Assembly (NCBI RefSeq): GCF_963921235.1 | Contig: NC_086097.1 | Location: forward strand, 129,210,001-129,274,000 | Source: Mobula hypostoma | Taxonomy: Eukaryota | DNA length: 64,000 nucleotides | Reading direction: 5' to 3' | Shown: piece by piece, positions 51,800 to 64,000 of the stretch | Layout of the letters: each line of letters begins with the position of its first letter | Position numbering within the stretch: the stretch's first letter is position 1 | Notes under the pieces: model-generated | Database searches by the model: none | Seen by the model: the letters and a program-made list of their open reading frames with translations, nothing else | What the model was told of the DNA's origin: nothing | Position numbers and translations under genes: made by a program

Positions 51800-52760
51800 C
51801 ATCGGAAATAGAAACATAGAAAACCTACAGCACAGTACAGGCCCTTCGGCCCACAAAGCTGTGCCAAACATGTTCCTACCTTAGAACTACCTAGGCTTTA
51901 TCCATAGTTTTTCTAAGCTCCATGTAGCCATCCAGGAGTCTCTTAAAAGACCCTATCGTTTCCACCTCCACCGGCAGCCCATTCCACGCACTCGCCACTC
52001 TCTGCATAAAAAAACTTACCCCTGACATATCCTCGGTATCTACTTCCAAGCACCTTAAAACTATGCCCTCTCGTGCTAGCCATTTCAGCCCTGGGGAAAA
52101 GCCTCTGACTATCGACACGATCAATGCCTCTCATTATCTTGTACACCTCTATCAGGTCAGCTCTTATCCTCCGTCACCCCAAGGAGAAAGGGCCGAGTTC
52201 ACTCAACCTATTCTCATAAGGCATGCTTCCCAATCCAGGCAACATCCTTGTAAATCTCGTCTGCATCCTTTCTATGGTGTCCACGTCCTTGCCTCTTGCC
52301 TCACAAGGCGTATGGCATTCTTGTCTTCATAGACCAAGGCACTGAGCACAAGAATTGTGATGTCATATTACAGTTGTACAAAAAGTTGGAGAATTGCATC
52401 CACTTCTGATGATCACGTTACACAAAAGATATGATTAAGCTGGAGAGGGTGCAGAAAATATCCACAAGAAGGTTGTCCGGATTGGGAGCCTTGAGTTGTG
52501 TGAAAAGCTTAAAAACGCTATATCTGCTTTCCCTGGACAAAGTGAGGCTGAAAGATGATATGGTAGAGATATATAAAATTAGGAAAGACATAGAGGAGGT
52601 AGGGTAGATAGCTAGAGTTGATTTCCCATAGCAGGTATCAAAAACCGAAGGTCATAGGGAGCGAGGGAGGAAGCTTAAACAGGATTTGAAGGATAAGTTT
52701 TCCACACAGAGGTTAGTAGGTATCTGGAAGGAATTGCCAGGGGAGGTGGTGGAGGCAGGA
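51800..52760. mobile_element. Back-to-back CR1 3' fragments (minus 51800-52290, plus 52300-52760)
   Basis: YKIMRGIDRV...TRGHSFKV on minus; eroded CR1 RT end on plus. Confidence 0.75.
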
Positions 52761-54010
52761 ACAGCATTAATGTCAGCTCTGGGCCTCTGTACCTCCCTAT
52801 GCAACTGGATCCTTGACTTTCTCATTGGGAGACCACAGTCACTACAAATCAGTGAGTACCATGAAATGTGTTAGCATAGTGGTCAGCATAAATACAGTAG
52901 GCTGAAATGCATACAGCCTTGTGATTCTACGTCCAGAAGCAAGGGCCATATAACTGAAGGCATGGAATCAATGGTGGACTAAGTAAAACCAGTCCCAGCA
53001 AGATTACAGCATGACTGGTCACAGCAGCTTCTACGGGGCCAACAAAAGGTGCTATTGTTCTAATTAAACACATTTCTAATGATTGTATGATCCTGCTATA
53101 CTTTAAGAACTTGAAGTGAGTTACTTGCTTTTGGAGATAATGAGGAGAATGAAGGAGCTGTTCAACATGCTGCTGCCTGTGTTGTTGGACATCGCAAGAC
53201 TCCTTTGGACATTGTTAATCTGGTACACCACAAGTTCGATTCCTGATTTATTGGATAAGCGCAGGGGCGGATGGGGGCTGGAGGGAGCTCCCGGGCCTCG
53301 GCTGCAGCGAAGACTCGGCCTGAAGCCAGGGTGTCGCCTGTTTGCAGCCGGCAGAGTGAGGAGACAAAATCATCGCACTGCTGGGGCGGTGTGACGCGGT
53401 GTCCAAAACGGAGTCGGCGCTGCCCTCCCAGGGTTGTGCTCAGCGGAAGACAAGCTCTGCTGTGGTCGACTGCAGATTTTTTGGCAGCACTCAGTGGACT
53501 TGGGCCTCGAGCTGCGAGATTGCCTGCTTTTCAGCCGTTGGGCGAGAGGCGTCTCAGGATTACAGGAATGAATAAATTTCAGAAGGAAGGCTCCAGAACA
53601 GTGATGGATTCAAAAACCAAGATCTGAATGTTGATGTTACCATGCTGCTGAACCAGAATCCAGTGTGGATTCATGCACAGCAGTGATGGGAGCAAAGCGT
53701 AAGTGAGGAGTCTTCCTGCAGAATTTTGGACCGAAGATGATGGACACGTAAAATATGACAGGGAGGTCAGGAGTGTGTTGGAACAGTCAGGTCTCCAGCT
53801 AACAAATACACAGATGATTTTAACAGAGATTGGGGTCGGGTTGGGCAATGCTATTGGGAAAAATTAGGTGATTTTAATGATTGACAGGTGATCCAAAGCT
53901 TGCCTCAAGTTCAAACTTAACATCAAGGCTGTGGGCCATCTGGGTCAGCATCAGATGCCTGTGGTGTCAGTATTAATATTACAGATGGTTAGCTGTTTAG
54001 GGTTGTCATA

Positions 54011-55050
54011 GCTGGGGGGATGGGGGTGGGGGAGGAGGGGGAGTAGTGGGGATAATCTCTCACTAACTACTAAATGCTCCCAATGGCATGTGCCTCAAAT
54101 AGCCTCTGACAGCCAAATCCAGTTCCTGGCCTTCATGTGTGGCTTAGCTACCAAGCCCGGTGGAACAATTTCTACTGACAGAATGATGCAGGACATCTGC
54201 TGGTAGATATTTAAAGCCAGGGCATGCTTTAGATCGGGGCTGTCCTACCCTGTGAAGTGGAATAAGTATCAGCTTTAGTCATGGACTGATTAACACCTTT
54301 ATCCACTTCCATCATTCACTCCCTCAAACCCTCAGAACCCTAGTTCTTCCTCCCTCAATGCAGCCATCATACATCCTAATCTTATGAAATATTATTGACC
54401 TGAATTGTTTCCTCTTGCTGCCTGCCCTGCTGAGCATTTCCAGCCTATTCTGATATATCTTAAGTTAGCAATAGCTGTAGTATTTTGCTCTTAGGCAAAT
54501 GTCTTGCCCCTGAGCCCTTGCCCTAACTTAGAGGCCCCTCTTTTGGCCATGGATGTTCCGTCCTAACTCCCATACACAAGCCAGGGTAGTACGATTTGAG
54601 GAGCAAGCAGTAGCCCATGCAGCAAGCTCCCCTTCCCCAAGCAGCCGATGAATTCAAAGGAATGGCAGAGACCACTACATTTTGGCATCAGCAGTATCGA
54701 AGGAGTTGAAAGTCAGCTTTGAACTCAATGTAGGTCTGCCTTAGGGACTCCAGCTCTGGATTTTTCCTCAGAGTTTACTCTTGAAGGCTTCCCCATGAGC
54801 GGGTACAGCTGCAGGGCAGTGGAGGTTTGAGATCAGAGTTTTCCTTCTCCTCGATGAGCTGCCAACCATGGCTGACGAGCCCCATCTGCCGAAGTGACCA
54901 GTTTTAAGGTGCTGGTATCCCACCTTTGCCCCTTTCCTTGTCAGTAGAAATGGTTCCACCAGACGTGGTAGCTAAGCCAAAAGGCCAATAGCTGGACTTG
55001 ATTGTCAGAGGATAATGGGACCTTACCCCCACTACTCCCCGCCGGCTATG
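54011..55050. mobile_element. Two inverted copies of an RTE-type 5' region (plus 54011-54185, minus 54530-55050)
   Basis: Shared ggggagtagtgggg...cctctgaca...tggcc...ggcttagctacca...ggtggaac...tttctactgaca in opposite orientations; family assignment from recall. Confidence 0.55.
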
Positions 55051-55209
55051 TAAATTTCAAGTAATACATCTCTTTAATTGCATGATGAACTTCTATTAGT
55101 CACCATAGTCTGTTGTGTGAAGCTATCTATATATACTTGATGCATGTGGGAATTAATCATTGCTCAAAGCGCCATGAAAGCAATCTTTGGATCTGCATTC
55201 CTAAAGTGC

Positions 55210-55510
55210 CTTCAGGACTTCAGGCTCAATGAAATACTTTGGGAAAGTAGGAAACACAGAAGTTTTTTTTTGTGCAGTAGATTTGTATACAGCAAGCTCC
55301 CACAATAAGCCAAGTGGTAACAAACAGTGTTTCTATATATGTGATGATGGTGTTTCAGGGAGAATTTTAGCCAGACTGCCAGGCACAGCACATCCTGCTC
55401 TTCCATAAAATAGTGTAGTGGGGTCCCCTAACCCCAACCAGAAATGCTGATAAATCATCAGCTTAGTATCTGTTCTGAATGGCAGCAGGGCCTTCAGCAG
55501 AGCAGCAATT
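55210..55510 (-). mobile_element. Old DeuSINE (SacSINE1/AmnSINE-like)
   Basis: caatgaaatacttt...gtaggaaac...cagcaagctcccaca...cctgctcttcc...aaatagtg resembles the Deu domain. Confidence 0.55.
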
Positions 55511-57338
55511 AGAAGATTCCAGCCTCTACCTACAAGGCAGGCTTAAAATATTTCAAATAATGAAACATAAATGTCAAACAAACAAAAATAGTACTGTAGC
55601 TCCACAATTAACAGCGCTACTTGGTAAAATTGTAAGGATTTACTTTACTTGATAAAAATGCATGTTTACCTTTCCTTGATACAAACTTGGTCTCAAATAA
55701 CTTGCATGGATAGCTAACAAAACTAAGCTTTACCACTGTATCTTGGCATAAGTGAAAATAATAAACAAATACCAATACCACACGTCTGGAATTTTCAGCT
55801 TGTTGGTGGCATATATTATCTCACACTTATTAATATCATTAACTATGGGTTGCAAACTCTCATCAGCAAGCCTTTCAATTGGATCTATTTATTTGTGGGA
55901 GGCTGAGAGTGGGGCTATAGGAAGCACAAGCAACCAAACCATGGTACAATGGTTCAGGGAGCCAATCAAGGAGGGAGAAGGGAGAGAAGAGTAAAAGTCA
56001 CTGGAGAAAAGCTGGACTAAATAGATTGGAAGAGGACACTAGCAGAACTGACAGTGCTGGAGTTTCTGGGAGTTATTCAGAAGATGCAGGAGCTGTCCAT
56101 CCTAAAGAAGAAGGGTAGAAAGCACAACCATAGCACACAAGGAAAGTCAAAGACAGCATAAAAGCAAGGGAGATCCTATAGCACAACAAATGTTAGTGGG
56201 AATCTTTTAAAAACCTACAGAGGGCAACTAAAAAAGCAACAAGGAAAAGGTGAAATATGAAAATAAGTTAGCCAATAATGTAAAGGAGGATTCGAAAACA
56301 TTTTTCAGATACATTAAGAGTAAAAGACATGCAAGAATGTACATGCCACCATTGAAAAATGATGCTGGAGAGATACTAATGGGGTGGGACAAGGAAAGAA
56401 TGGATGAACTGAATAAGTATTTTGCTTCATTCTTCACTGTGGATCTCACCAGCAGTATGCCAGAAATTTGAGAGTCAGAGAGCAAAACTGAGTGTAGACT
56501 CTATTACTAAGGGGAAGGTGTTTGTGAAACTGAAAATTCTGAAGGTAAGTAAGTCACCTGGGCCAGCTGGACTATACCCCGGGGTTCTAAGAGAACTGGC
56601 TGAAGAGATTGTGAAGGATTAGTAATGATCTTTCAAGAATCACTAGTTCTTGGAATGGTTCCAGAGAACTAGAAAATTGTAAAACTTGCAAATGTCACTC
56701 TACTTTTTAAGAAGGGAGGGAGACAAAAGGTAGAAAATTATAGGCTGGTTAGCCTGACATCAGTGATTGGCGAGATATTAGTGCCTATTATTTAGGATGA
56801 AGTTTCAGGGTACTTGGAGGCACAAGATAAAATAGGCCAAATTCATTAAGGGAAAATCTGCCTCACAAATCTGTTGGAATTCTTTGAGGAAATAATGTAT
56901 AGGATAGACAAAAATGAGTCGGTGTCATGGTCCGGATCGGGGCCCCTTTAAATTTAGCTTGTTTATGTTAAGATCTGGACCGTTGATTCCCTGTTTTCCC
57001 GTGTCCCTCGACTTTGGTGATTAGAGGCAATTAACACTCGGCTGAACCGGTAGTTTATAGTCTCTGGCTTTCAGCCGTTCGGTGCGGGAGCGTCTGCAAA
57101 GTCATCCAAGGTACGGGGTGCCAATGTCATCTGGCCAGAGCAAGCCTAGTCTCTGCCGAAGCGAGTGCCGGTAATTCGCCTCTCCTCACCGGAGCAACCT
57201 TGTCAAGTTACCTCACCAAAGCGAGCCTGCAAAGTTTCCTCACCGAGGTGGGTCCGTCAGTTAACCCGCTGGAGGGAATCAAGAACCGCTGTCTACTGTT
57301 CCCAGGCCGAGTCCAGAGCTTGCCACTACCCGGAGGCT

Positions 57339-57641
57339 CCAAGTCAAGTCCTGTCCCTGGCAGCATTCAAGTACAAAGTCAAGTCCTGTCCCTAGCGGCA
57401 TTCAAGTACCAAGTCAAGTCCTGGCCCTGGCGGCATTCAAGTACTGTCAAGTCCTATCCCTGGCAGCACTCAAGTACCAAGTCAAGTCCTATCCCTGGCA
57501 GCACTCAAGTACCAAGTCAAGTCCTGTCCCTAGTGGCATTCAAGTACCAAGTCAAGTCCTGGCCCTGCCGGCATTCAAGTACCAAGTCAAGTCCTGGCCC
57601 TGGTGGCTTCCCAGTTCCAAGTCAAGTCCTGACCCTGGCGG
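57339..57641 (+). repeat. 35-bp minisatellite, ~8.5 copies
   Basis: TTCAAGTACCAAGTCAAGTCCTGGCCCTGGCGGCA; unit starts 57366, 57401, 57436, 57469, 57504, 57539, 57574. Confidence 0.9.
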
Positions 57642-57784
57642 TCTGTGATTCCTGTCCTACCCCACTGTCTGGATCCCTTCTCTGCCCCTCTCGCCTCTAG
57701 CCCTCATCTGCAGCCCTCGCCTGCACTTCGGTCTAGTTCTATTGCCGGAGGTAGATAGGTACTGTCTGATGTTCTATTGTGTTT

Positions 57785-58060
57785 GTCTTGTCTTGTCTTG
57801 TCCTTGCCTCCATGGGGGAGGTCTGGCCGTCTTGCCATTGCCCCGCGGGGAGTCATATCTTGTCTTGTCCTCGCCTCCGTGGGGTAAGTCAGGCCGTCTT
57901 GCCGTTGCCCCATGGGGAGTCATGTCTTGTCTTGTCTTGTCCTTGCCTCCATAGGGTAAGTCAGGCTGTTGCCCTACAGGGGGTCATGTCTTGTCATGTC
58001 TTGTCCTCACCTCCATGGGGTAAGTCAGGCCGTCTTGCCGTTGCCCCGCGGAGGGTCATG
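57785..58060 (+). repeat. ~65-72-bp tandem repeat, ~4 copies
   Basis: (GTCTT)n-GTCCTCGCCTCCATGGGGTAAGTCAGGCCGTCTTGCCGTTGCCCC...GAGTCAT. Confidence 0.85.
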
Positions 58061-59299
58061 AGTTCCGGCCCTATGTCCTGTACCCAAGGAGGGGTCCCGA
58101 CTCTGTGTTTTGTGTATGTGTCCATGGTTCCATATACCTGCTCCCTGAGACTGAGGCTCTGTGTTCCCATGTTCCTCCTCTCCCTAGCCTGTGTCGTGTC
58201 CTTGCCTGGTTCTGGGGTCCGAGCCCGAGGCAAGACCCAGGTACTGGGTCCTTGTCCAGTCTCTGGCTCGGAGTCCATAACCTAGCCTCTTCATGTCTCC
58301 CCTAGATCTGGGAGCCGATTCCGAGTCCAAGCCCAGACCCTTGGTCCCAGCCTAGTCGTAGTCCTGAGTCCTTGTCCAGTTTGCTATTCCTGCTCCTGCC
58401 TTGCTCTCCTGGTATCGAACAATAAACTAAATCTGAGTAACCTCACAAGATGTGTCTTGCATTTGGGTCCACCCTTGCTCCCAATGCCCCGCCATTGTGA
58501 CAGCCGGTGAATGTTCTTTATTTAGATTTTTAGAAGGTCTTTGACAAGGTGCCTTATATGAGGCAGCTAAGCAAGTCCATCATATTAAAGGAAAGATATT
58601 AGCATAGACGGAAGTTAGGCTGACTAGCAGAAGGCAGATAGTGTGAATAACGGGAGCCTTTTCCAGTTGGTTGGCAGTGACTAGTGGTGTTCCACAGAGG
58701 TTTGTGTTGGGCCCACTACTTTTCATGTTATACATTCACGATCTGGATGACGGAATTGATAGTTTTGTGGCCAAGTTTGTAGATAGTACAAAAATAGGTG
58801 GAGAGGCAAGTAGTGTTGAGGAAGCAGGGTGCTTGCAGAAAGATTTGGGCAGGTTAGACGAATGGGCAAAGAAGTTTCAGATGGTATACAGTGTGGGGAA
58901 GTGTAAGTTAATGCACTTTGGTAGAAGGAATAAACACATGGACTATTTTCTAAAGGGGAGCAAATTTAGAAACTGGAAGTGCAAACAGACTCAATAGTTC
59001 TAGTGCAGAATTCCCTAAAGGTTAACTTGCAGGTTGAATCAGTAGTAAGGAAGACAAATGAAATATTCGCATTAAGTTCAAGATGACTAGGATATTAAAG
59101 CAAGGATGTAATGTTGAGGCTTTATGAGACATTGGTCTGACCCACTTTGGAGTATTGTGTGTCATATCTCAGAAATGATGTGTTGGCATTGGAGAACATC
59201 CAGAAGATGCTTATGGGAATGATCATGAGAATTAAAGGGTTAACTTATGAGGAACACACTGAATATTGAAAAGACTAGATAGAGTGGATATGGTGAGGA

Positions 59300-60965
59300 T
59301 GGAGATCTGACAGAAGTTTACAGATTTATGAGAGGCAAGGATCGGATGAATAGCCCTTTGTCTTTTTCCCAGAGTGAAATTTTAAATATTAGAGGTCATG
59401 CATTTAAGATGAGAGGGGGAAAAGTTAAGGGAAATCTGTAGGGCTAGTTTTATTTTTACACAGCGTGCTAAGAGCCTGGATCAGACTGCCATGTGTAGTA
59501 TTGCAATCAGATATGTTAGAGGCATTTAAGAAGCTTTCAGAAAGATAAATAAATATGTAGGGTATGAATGGCTGTGGATCACATGCAGACAGAAGAGACA
59601 TAGTTTAATTTGACATTGTGTTTGACACAGACATCATGGGCTGAAGGAGTGTTCAATGCTGAACTGTTCTATGTTTAAAGGTGAATGGTAGTGCAAAACC
59701 AAATATCTACCTGGTACAGTTTCATTCATAAAGACAAGATAGACATATTCTTGATTAGTAAGGGTGTCAAAGGTTACAGGGAGAAGACAGGAGAATGGGG
59801 TTGAGAAGGATAATAAATCAGCCATGATGGAATGGCAGAGCAGACTCAATGGGCTGAATGGCCTAATTCTGCTCCTATGTCTTATAAGTCTCTGCCCTTG
59901 CAACATCACTGGAAGTGAAATGTTGCTGAGCCAAAATAGAAATTGGGTGAGCATTGCACAGATTGTGGGAATGTGGACCAAGTTGCCATGGTAAGTGGTA
60001 CATGCAAACAGATTTCAACATTTAAGAGAAGTTTGAATAAGTACATAGAAGGTAGGGGAGGGCTATGGTCCCGGTACAGGTCGATGGGAGTAGGCAGTTT
60101 AAATGGTTCAGTAGATGGGCCAAAGGGCCTGTTTCTGTGCTGTACTTTTCTATGATTCTTTGACTCTATGATCCTTTGCCACACTGTTTTGGGGTATAAA
60201 GTACAGATTTGAGCAAAAATGAACAGCTAATTTTTTTCCCAATTTAGTTTTGCAGAATCTCCAACTTGCATGGAATCATTTCTGCATTTTGATCTAGCTG
60301 AGGTCTTTGACAGTGTAACATCTGTTACTGCTTCCTACATGAGGCTAGGTAATGATTACAATACCCCGACTGGCAAAGTATCAGCTGTGCAAGACAACAT
60401 CTCTCTCTCTCCAAGAAGTCCCATTGACATTGACAGACAGCTCGTGTGTTGTTTTTATATCTCCTTTCAGCAATGCCACGTGATCCACTCCACAGGAAGA
60501 AGGATGTTGAACAAAAGGCAAGGGGGAAACAAAAAGTGTCTCAACATTGTGACCTCAGTCACTGGGGCTCGAGGAACTGAGTTATGGCGAGAGCCTGGCA
60601 CTTTACTCATTGAAGCATAGGAGAATGAGGCATATAAAATTGTGAGGGGCATAAAAGCACACAGTGTTTCACCCAGGGTTAGAGTATCAAGAATTAGGGG
60701 ATATGGGTTTAGAGTGAGAGGAGAGAGATTTAATAGGAAATTGAGGGACAGCTTTTTCACCTCTCGAGGTGGTCCATATATGGAATGAGTTGCCAGGGGT
60801 GGGTACATTAACAACATTTAATAGACACATGGACAGGTACATGGAAAGGGATAAGATTAGAGGAATATGCTAAATTAAGGCTAATTTGACTTGCAAAGAT
60901 GGCTGCCTTCGTCAGCATCTAGTAGGGCTGAAGGGCCTGTTTCTGCATTGTATGACTCTATGACT
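59300..60965 (+). mobile_element. Series of CR1 3' end fragments (59300-59670, 59730-59890, 59960-60170, 60620-60965)
   Basis: Repeated CR1 3' motifs: gaagggcctgtttctg, atgactctatga, ctaattctgctcctatgtcttat. Confidence 0.7.
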
Positions 60966-62020
60966 CAACGACTGAAGATAAATCAGTAGAATAGAAATTA
61001 CTGGAGGAGGAGGAGAACAACCTGAGGAATTAATTTATGCCTTCTGCTTGATAGTTCTCATCTGGAGGACCCGAGTTGATAGCAGGTCATTTCATTTCAT
61101 TCCACACTCCATGGTGTGCTTCACCCCCGTCAGCAGAGCAATCAGTGAATATTTTCACCCCTGTACTGCCTTTTAAAATTATTTAAACTTATTATTGCTA
61201 TCAGCTGTCTGCAGAGTGCGCTGAAAGCAACAGAAGATTTCATTGAAATGTCATTAATATACCCCTTCAGCCACTCAGTCTTATTGACGAGACAAGTTTG
61301 TGTCAATCACTGATCCCTGGTCCAATTAAGCTCCTTCTCCACCTGTATACAATTTACTCAAACTGTTCTGAGATGTCCAACTAAAGGAGGGGGTAGGGGA
61401 GACTCCGAGTATTTTAATTAGCTGTGATATGCTTTTTGACACTGAGGTCTCCTCATACTGCAGGCGTGTTTCAAAGCAGCTAAATTAGTGTGGTTAAGGT
61501 TTCTGCTGTGCAATATTAGCAACAGGGATGTGAGCATGTGGCTGTGAAATCCTTTTGACTGCTATCTTAACACGCATTAACTTGTTTATTTTATGATGGG
61601 TAAATAATTCAGACGGGGATTTGAATGTATGATATTGCATGTTGTGATTTCAAACCAACAGGGTTTAACTTGTGAGACTACAGTGAAATTCTTTGCTGAA
61701 TCAGTTGGTGGCTTTTTCCATCCCCTTTTCTGCCAAAGTTCCTGATACAAGTTCAAGGGTTGTTGTCTGGAAGTTCAATCTATTGCCATTGTCGTGACTC
61801 CGCTTTGTTAACTACACCATTATTATTTATCCCTATTCCCTTCTGTGAACACTGTGTGATCACGAGGAGGATAACGACTGGGTTTGGTATTAGCTCCGTC
61901 CAGTCCATGTGTATGCATTGTACGGCAGCAGCCATTGAATTCAGAGTGAAGCACAAGCTGATATCTAACGATCTCTCTCCATACCATAGTATCAAATCCC
62001 AGCAGCTACCCTAACCACTA

Positions 62021-62238
62021 CCAGCTGGTGGTGTAGTGGCACCCACACCGGACTTCGAGGCAAGTGTTCCCAGGTTCAGATCCAGCCACTTCCTTGCCCA
62101 CTTTCTGTCCACACTGGGTCGAGTGTCGAGTGAGCAACTTGTCCTTATGAAAAACAGGCAAAGAAAACACGCTAAAAAATGGCTAGGATGTCGCCCATTG
62201 CGCCACAAGTCGGAGAAAGGAACAGCAACAACAACAAC
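62021..62238 (+). mobile_element. tRNA-derived SINE with (CAA)n tail
   Basis: A box TGGTGTAGTGG, B box GGTTCAGATCC, tail caacaacaacaac. Confidence 0.7.
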
Positions 62239-62704
62239 TCTAAGGATGTGATGCAGATCTTTAAACCAAAGCTGTCTGCCCCACAGTATGTCTCTTATTT
62301 CCATTTCCTGCATTCCCAAAGGAACACACCACTGAAAGATGTATTCCGAAGACTGTAAAGCCTTTTGGGATATCTTGATATCCAGAAAGGTGCTACATTC
62401 AAGTGCAAGTTCTTTGGAACTTATCTTCTTTCTACTTTTATTCCTTCCTAATGTATGACATGCTGTGACTTTACAGTATCACGTGCCTTATATTGTAACC
62501 TTGCAGAATTTTTTGTTATTTAGGCCTCACTGAAGGATAGTTTGAACTATAATTTACAACGTCTAAGTTATCCTATTTCTTTCCTGAGTTGTAAAGGACT
62601 CAGCACGATGCACCACAGAAACTGAAGGTGATTGTTCAGCGCTTTGGGCATAGTACACAATTCATGAGTTTGTGGCTGGTTTTGTGTCCCATTTCTGGCT
62701 CTCT

Positions 62705-63010
62705 CAAAGTTCAATGTTCAAAGCCAATTTATCATCAAAGCACTTATATATCACCATATCCTAGCTTGTGATTCATTTTATTGCAGGCATTTGAGGGAAA
62801 TTAAAGAAATACAACAAAATTTATGAAAAACTGTAAATGACAAAAATGGACAACTAATGTGCAAAAGAAGACAAATTGTGGAAATAATAAAATAAAGTAA
62901 ATAAATAATGCTGAATGGTGGAGTCCTTGAAAGTGAGTCTGTTGGTTGTGGAGTTAGTTTAGCATTGAGGTGAGTGAAGTTATCCATGCTGGTTCAGAAA
63001 CTTCATGATT
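62705..63010 (-). mobile_element. Rex-type 3' tail fragment
   Basis: tcaaagttcaatgttcaaag tail and gaagttatccatgctggttcagaaa. Confidence 0.55.
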
Positions 63011-63134
63011 AACTGTTCTGTTTTGGCTCCATTTTCATTCTTACACTGAATGAGCAAGAATTGATCAGTCCCTATGAAATTTAATATTGAGTAATTGTGC
63101 TCTTTTGTAGCAAAAAGCTCCTTACCTTTCCCAC

Positions 63135-63720
63135 TTATAGACAGAGAACAGTGCAGCTGAGGTATGGGCCTTTTGGCCCACAATGTGAGTGCTGAGCATG
63201 ATTTAAAATCAAATAAATCCCTTCTGCTTGCACGCAATCTATATCCCTCCAATCCATGCATATTCATGTACCTATCTAAAAGCCCCCAAAATGCCATTTT
63301 TGTGTCTGTTTCTACTACCACTGCTAGTAGTACATTCCAGGCACCTGCCACTCTGTGTGTAAAAAAAAAAGGGCCCTGAATATCCCTTTTAAACTTTTCC
63401 CTTTTTGCTTTACAGCTATACCCTCTAAATTTCAAGATTTCTACCTTGAGAAAATGACTCAGAATATCTACCCTATCTATAATTCTCTTAATTTTATACA
63501 TTTCTATCAGGTCTCCTCTTAGCCTCTGAAGCTCCGTGGAAAATAATCCGAGTTTATCCAAATCATTATTGCTCATACCCTCTAATCCTGTTGAACCTTT
63601 TCTGACCCTCTCCAAAGCTTCCTCATCTTTCCTGTAATGTGATGGCCAGAACCACATGCAATACTCAAATGTGCAGCCTAACCAAAGTAATATACGGTAT
63701 TGTTGTGAAAGTACAAATCT
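63135..63720 (-). mobile_element. CR1 3' fragment
   Basis: WFWPSHYRKDEEALERV...RLRGDLIEMYKI...FFTHRVAGAWNVL. Confidence 0.85.
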
Positions 63721-64000
63721 TACTTTCTTCCTTGAATGGCCCGACTGTGATTTTATGATTATCTTTCATTACACTGAGGACTATTTTTTTCCTCAATATC
63801 AGCCCCTGCCACAATCTGAAAAGCAGAAATCAGACATTCTCAGGGACTATAAATGTAATCTCTGGGATTCCTTCTCTTGGTAGAATTCCTTTTGTTAACA
63901 TTAATTTCCTTAGGATATGGGGATTTCTGGCAGGTCCAGCATTTGTTTCCTATTCCTTATTGCCCTGGAACTTAATTGGTTTGCTGGACCATTCCAGGGG

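Larger units (their letters stand above)
56923..58502 (+). mobile_element. Solo LTR (Gypsy-like) expanded by internal tandem arrays
   Basis: TGTCA...TGACA; 5-bp TSD GTCGG/GCCGG; AATAAA 58421-58426; tgcatttgggtcc near the 3' end. Confidence 0.82.
56000..59300 (+). mobile_element. CR1 LINE fragment interrupted by a solo LTR
   Basis: YENKLANNVKEDSKTFF, KSPGPAGLYP, SGVPQRFVLGPLLF; sequence reads through across 56922/58508. Confidence 0.88.

Noticed and set aside
53260..53560. GC-rich patch as a CpG-island promoter
   Set aside because: Sits within 52965-53630, which resembles the non-autonomous retroposon bodies at 40710 and 43365; left unassigned
57339..58060. Repeat arrays resembling CRISPR
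   Set aside because: Head-to-tail units without unique spacers, inside an LTR in eukaryotic DNA, no cas genes
57200..58285. 166-aa and 168-aa repetitive ORFs
   Set aside because: Translations of minisatellites whose unit lengths are mostly not multiples of three
62980..63657. 225-aa ORF as a host gene
   Set aside because: CR1 RT C-terminus reading through into flanking DNA

Overview
Repeat-dominated eukaryotic DNA, not prokaryotic. The repeat set (CR1 LINEs with esterase ORF1, Rex1/Babar LINEs, V-SINEs, DeuSINEs, Penelope-like elements) points to a vertebrate, probably a cartilaginous fish; this is an inference. No intact host CDS was recognised. The best-supported structures are: (i) a young Gypsy-type LTR retrotransposon (12463-17446) with 892-bp LTRs, an AGTC TSD, Gmr1-like PR-IN-RT-RH order and a heavily deleted pol; (ii) an inverted Penelope-like insertion (11453-12356) carrying two minimal hammerhead ribozyme motifs, with more decayed copies across the window; (iii) a hAT DNA transposon (17713-20067; 21-bp TIRs, 8-bp TSD) whose transposase remnant is split by a Rex1 insertion; (iv) two related solo LTRs, one expanded by internal tandem arrays; (v) several long CR1 and Rex copies with nested insertions. 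Weaker signals are a candidate minus-strand spliced host gene, a diverged ~45-50-bp tandem array beside its putative promoter, and HDV-like ribozyme candidates in RTE-type 5' ends. All calls were made by eye; boundaries of degraded repeats are approximate.
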